The notes below the pieces were generated by a model. That model did no database searches, was not told where the DNA came from, and saw only the letters and a list, made by a program, of their open reading frames with translations. This document shows, one piece after another, positions 59,880 to 64,000 of a stretch of DNA of 64,000 nt. Source of the DNA: Histomonas meleagridis 2922-C6/04-290x. Taxonomy: Eukaryota > Protista > Parabasalia. Every line of letters begins with the position of its first letter. Position 1 is the first letter of the stretch. The DNA is taken from NCBI GenBank assembly GCA_020184695.1, contig JAANOX010000047.1, positions 186,001-250,000 on the forward strand. Reading direction: 5' to 3'. The translations under genes and the position numbers were made by a program.

Positions 59880-61267
59880 TCATTTACTTTTGTATGAAGC
59901 AAAAAGCTTTTGGATTTCAGGTAGGTAAATGTTTGTAACCTTTGGAATTTCGATTCCGTCTTGTTGAAGTAAGAACTCAACAATTTCAGGGTAGTTGTTT
60001 TCGCACGCATACATTAATGGTGTTGAAAGTGAATGTAAGAAATGTCAAATCAATAAATATAACTTCAAACATTAAAAATAAACTTCTTCAAACTTTGCGT
60101 TTATATCAATTCCTTTAATTTGTACAAGATATTTAACAACTTCTAAATTACCCTTATAACAAGCAAACAACAAAGCTGTTCTAAAAAATATAAAATAATT
60201 CCAAATGAAAAATTTAAACATCAAATTAACAAAATAAATAGAAAACCTATAATTGACATCAAATCCACCAAGATCATAAAGTAATTTAGCTATTTCAACA
60301 TGATTTCCTACACAAGCAGCACAAAACGCATTCCAAAACATACCAAAAATAAACCCCGAAAATTACTTATTAATATTAAATCAAAATAATAAATTTTGTT
60401 TTTCGCATATAAGTTAATTCCTTTTTGTTCAAGTAATAATTTAACAATATCAATAAAACCTTCAGAACTTGCACAGATTAATGCTGTTTAAACAATCAAA
60501 AAACATTTCCAAAAATATAAATCAAACAATAACTAAATATAATAAACATAATCTTGATGATTTATATCAATTCCATGTTCAATAAGCATCTTACTAACAT
60601 CTAAAAAGCCTCTTGAAGCAGCTTTAATAAGTGCATTTGTAAAACATAAATATAAATTCCTTATGTTATTAAAAAACATCTTCATCATTCTGAGCATTTA
60701 TATTAATATTCTTTTGCTCAAGAAGTAATTTAACAATTTCAGTGTAACCATTTACACTTGCAATTATAATTGGTGGCCATTATATATAAAACAAACGCCA
60801 AAAATTTTAAAGAAAACTTTAATAAAATATAATAAATACCATCACATTGATTTACATTAATACCTCTTTCAATAAGTAATTTAGCAATCTCAACACAATT
60901 TTTAGCACATGCTAAAATGAATGGTGTTCTAAATATTAATAAAAAACTCCAAATAATATTAAAAAAACAGCAAAATCAAAACTATTTATATTAACTTTCC
61001 CTTGATCAAGAAATAGTTTAACAATTTCAGGATGATTATATCCACAAGCAAAAAGAAATGCATGAAATAATATTATTAATAAACACCATAACTATAAAAA
61101 TAAACTGTTCAAATAAACAAAAAACTTTTCTATCAACTCTACTAATGTTAATATCTTTTTGTTGAAGTAATATCTTAACTACATCAGTTAATCCTATTAA
61201 ACATGCATACATTAAAGCAGTCCAAATAATATAAAACATATTCCAAAAATTGAAAATAAGTTCTATT
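59880..61267 (-). other. Nine divergent, intact ankyrin modules separated by nine non-coding spacers, ending in a normal C-terminus
   Basis: Thr-position codons at 61221, 61064, 60927, 60776, 60637, 60487, 60332, 60179 and 60023. The last segment reads TPLMYACENNYPEIVEFLLQQDGIEIPKVTNIYLPEIQKLFASYKSK*. Confidence 0.9.
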
Positions 61268-62470
61268 ATCTAAAGCATTAAAATCAATATCTTTTTGTTC
61301 AAGTACAAAATCAATTACTTCGGGATTTCTCGATCTTACTGCATATGGTAAAATTCCTTTAAATGATGATGGAGATTTTTCATATAAATATTGAAGCATC
61401 CATATGTTTCCATATGGTGCAGTTTCTTGTGCTAAACTTAAATGATTTGCAGCCGGATTTTGACTTTCAAGAAATTCGAAAATTTCAAAATTAGTAAATG
61501 TCATACAAGTAAATTTCATGTTTGCATAATCATTATCATTAAGTTTAGACTTTTCATAAAGGCCTTTAAATATTTCATTTCGATGAAATGCAATTGCTGT
61601 ATCAAGGCCTCTTCTAAATCCAGATTTATTTTGTTCACATAACTGTATAATTTCGATGTTTCCACCTGCAATTGCAAATGTTCCTGATGCACTTAAATCA
61701 GCGCCATTCATCATTAAATATTTGAAACATTTAATAGAGCCAAAAAATGCTGCATAATCAATAAGTGTATTATTTCCATTATTAATAAAAGAATATCTTT
61801 CATATGGATTTTGAGCTATTACTTCATCAATATCAAAGCCTGGAGCAGATGCAAGTTTTTGAAGCTCTTCAAGATTATCTCTTCTAATGGCTTTAATAAT
61901 TTCATTTGGTGTTTCTCCTGCGCTTAAATTCTCTTTGTGATATTTGAAATTATCAGCAAACATTCGATTTATTTCAGCAAATGGATCTATACCATAATCT
62001 TCAAGTGGTATTCCATAATTATATGCAACTTCTCGGATCGCATTTATCATTTCTTGCTTGAATTGATTGATTTCACTTTGACTTTTATAATGAATGAATA
62101 TACTTTTGTCCTCAAGTGTAATGGAGTTTGGATCTAATAAGTTTTGCTCAACTAGCTTATTAAGCATATAATGTGACTCGCCACCACTCTTTTCTTGATC
62201 AACTAAAAATGTACTCAATGTATTAATAATTGGATGTTTGATTTGCTTTTCGAGTTCTTGTAAAAACTTTATATATAAAGATCCATCATGGCGTTGTGTC
62301 ATAACAAGTGACTTAACATACTGACAGACTAACAAAATGAATGAAAAGGCGTATTTTTCATCAAAAAATTTCGATAGATTTTCACTTGTCTCTTGAAGGT
62401 TTTCTTCGCTAAGTTTGTAAATAACATTTTCGAATTCAATAAGCTTTTGTAAGAGGGGATTTGTGCTCAT
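61184..62470 (-). CDS. DUF3447 domain protein (5' part of the ankyrin gene)
   Basis: LIDYAAFFGSIKCFKYL, FAIAGGNIEIIQLC, AIAFHRNEIF; ATG 62470 after tandem TCACT Inr motifs. Confidence 0.9.
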   Translation of the reverse strand: MSTNPLLQKLIEFENVIYKLSEENLQETSENLSKFFDEKYAFSFILLVCQYVKSLVMTQRHDGSLYIKFLQELEKQIKHPIINTLSTFLVDQEKSGGESHYMLNKLVEQNLLDPNSITLEDKSIFIHYKSQSEINQFKQEMINAIREVAYNYGIPLEDYGIDPFAEINRMFADNFKYHKENLSAGETPNEIIKAIRRDNLEELQKLASAPGFDIDEVIAQNPYERYSFINNGNNTLIDYAAFFGSIKCFKYLMMNGADLSASGTFAIAGGNIEIIQLCEQNKSGFRRGLDTAIAFHRNEIFKGLYEKSKLNDNDYANMKFTCMTFTNFEIFEFLESQNPAANHLSLAQETAPYGNIWMLQYLYEKSPSSFKGILPYAVRSRNPEVIDFVLEQKDIDFNALDNRTYFQFLEYVLYYLDCFNVCMFNRIN

Positions 62471-63430
62471 TTTAAATAAGTGAAGTGACAAATTAATAAC
62501 GACAAGTATATAAACCAGTGAACAACATTGTAACCAAGCAATTGCTGAAAAATCTAAAATAAAAGCATGAAGAAAGAAACAAAAAAGAGTTTAAATAACA
62601 GTCAAAAAAATTTATTGATGTGTAAAACAACAAAAAATCATAAAATGTAGCTACAATGATTTTGGACTATTGTTAAAACATACCTAAAGATGGCGTTCAT
62701 GAGTATGTCATCACAGTATGTTTTGATGGACTATTCGAGTTTTGCACTAGTTATTACATCTACGATATCTGAAACAAAACCTTTTAACATTATCCTAATT
62801 TCCAGTGAAATTAAACCAATTGTTATAACAATGTTTTTGTTGAATTAGATTTCATATTAAATTTGTAAATCAAAAGAATTTCCATCAAAGATATGCATAT
62901 CTTGAATTCTAACAATATAAATTTTGACTATGTTACATCTGCAGGAAAATTCATATTAATCAAGCCTTGCCCACACACACATGCGCTTATTGGATTGATC
63001 CAAAAATTGATAAAAAACCTCCGATGTTTCTATTCAGGAACGTTTTGATTTGAAATAAACAACCGTCGTCATAAAAACATTTTTTGCGAATTCATCGGAA
63101 TTTATTCCAGCATGGTGAGTACCCACTTATGTGCATTTTAGAGTCGTTCGGCAGAAGGCCTTCTGCAGCCTGAGTAACTAACTCAATGGAATAAGTATGT
63201 GTATTTTCGTCATATTTTTCTATAAGCTTTTTGTTGCGCATTCGCAAATATTGTGAGAAGAAATAAATATATAAAATAATTTTTTGGTTTAATCACTTGA
63301 AAAAAGTTGAGATCTGACTTAGGAAAATGCAATGAAAAGATTTCATTATAACGAAAACAGGAATTCATAGATTATATTTCGGTTGATATGATTATAAACA
63401 CAACGAGAAAGATTTTATTAACATATACTT

Positions 63431-63454
63431 TATATATATATATATATATATATA
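63431..63454. repeat. (TA)12 microsatellite
   Basis: Direct reading. Confidence 0.95.
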
Positions 63455-63895
63455 AGGTTACAAAAAATGATAAATATTATGATTTGGAATCAATTCCAAT
63501 GAGTAATAAATTTAATGTGAAAAATTATAATAGATTTGATATTTACATTATTTCTTATATTATAATACAGTTCAATTATCACAAATTTTTATAGCGAAGA
63601 AGAGATGAGCAAAAATCACTGAAACTAATTCCATATAATACCAATTTTCAAAGCAGCTTTTAAATAAAATATTATTTATTATAAAAATACTCAAAGAATG
63701 TAATAGAATTACCAAATAATTTTAATATAAGTCAAAATACGTATTGGAATTCTATTGTATCATTTGTTAAATTAACAAATTTGCGATTTTTTTTTTTTCA
63801 AAATTTAAATTCCGTTTTCCATCTTTACACCCAACATTAATGAATCTTAAAAACATCAATTAACAAAAACGGTAATGTTTATTATTCAAATATTA

Positions 63896-64000
63896 TCAGA
63901 AAATTGATTTGTGAATTGAAGAGAACTCTCTTATCACAGCCAGTTCACTTTCTTCAAGCCCATTTACTGGGATTGCTGGAGGTAGTGAGTTATACTCTGC
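63896..64000 (-). CDS. Probable 3' end of a gene continuing beyond the window
   Basis: Open, GC-richer frame AEYNSLPPAIPVNGLEESELAVIREFSSIHKSIF* at the window edge. Confidence 0.4.
   Translation of the reverse strand, partial: AEYNSLPPAIPVNGLEESELAVIREFSSIHKSIF

Noticed and set aside
60024-61267. Alternative genetic code (stop codon reassignment) explaining the interruptions
   Set aside because: Conserved genes in the window end normally in TAA/TGA/TAG, and reassignment would not fix the frame changes.
231-63594. Numerous 60-170-aa ORFs antisense to or nested in long genes
   Set aside because: No recognisable motifs; expected by chance opposite long coding frames.

Overview
AT-rich eukaryotic DNA, almost certainly from a parabasalid (trichomonad; Histomonas/Tritrichomonas-like). 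The evidence is long uninterrupted genes, Inr (TCAYT) and M3-like core promoters, a BspA surface protein, DUF3447-ankyrin genes and a hydrogenosome-type presequence. Housekeeping genes are a large USP, a frameshifted METTL18, THADA/Trm732, FKBP-TPR, SAM synthetase (one intact copy plus an inverted broken copy), ARPC3, CSN6, SOF1/DCAF13, TOR, BRAP2-like, alanine aminotransferase and a serpin. Accessory DNA includes P-like and Merlin-like transposase remnants, a possible hAT MITE and a BspA with 101 SQSNTF repeats. The main unexplained signal is at four DUF3447-ankyrin loci (6.2-7.0, 17.4-18.0, 36.8-39.7, 59.9-62.5 kb). There, almost every ankyrin repeat is separated from the next, at the same beta-hairpin position, by a T-rich non-coding spacer without parabasalid spliceosomal signals. 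The spacers are built from ~20-nt units (about 40/60/80 nt) and most carry a G exactly 23 nt before the next Thr codon. The ankyrin modules at 60 kb stay intact, which suggests an undescribed removal or recoding mechanism. All counts were made by hand and no database searches were run.
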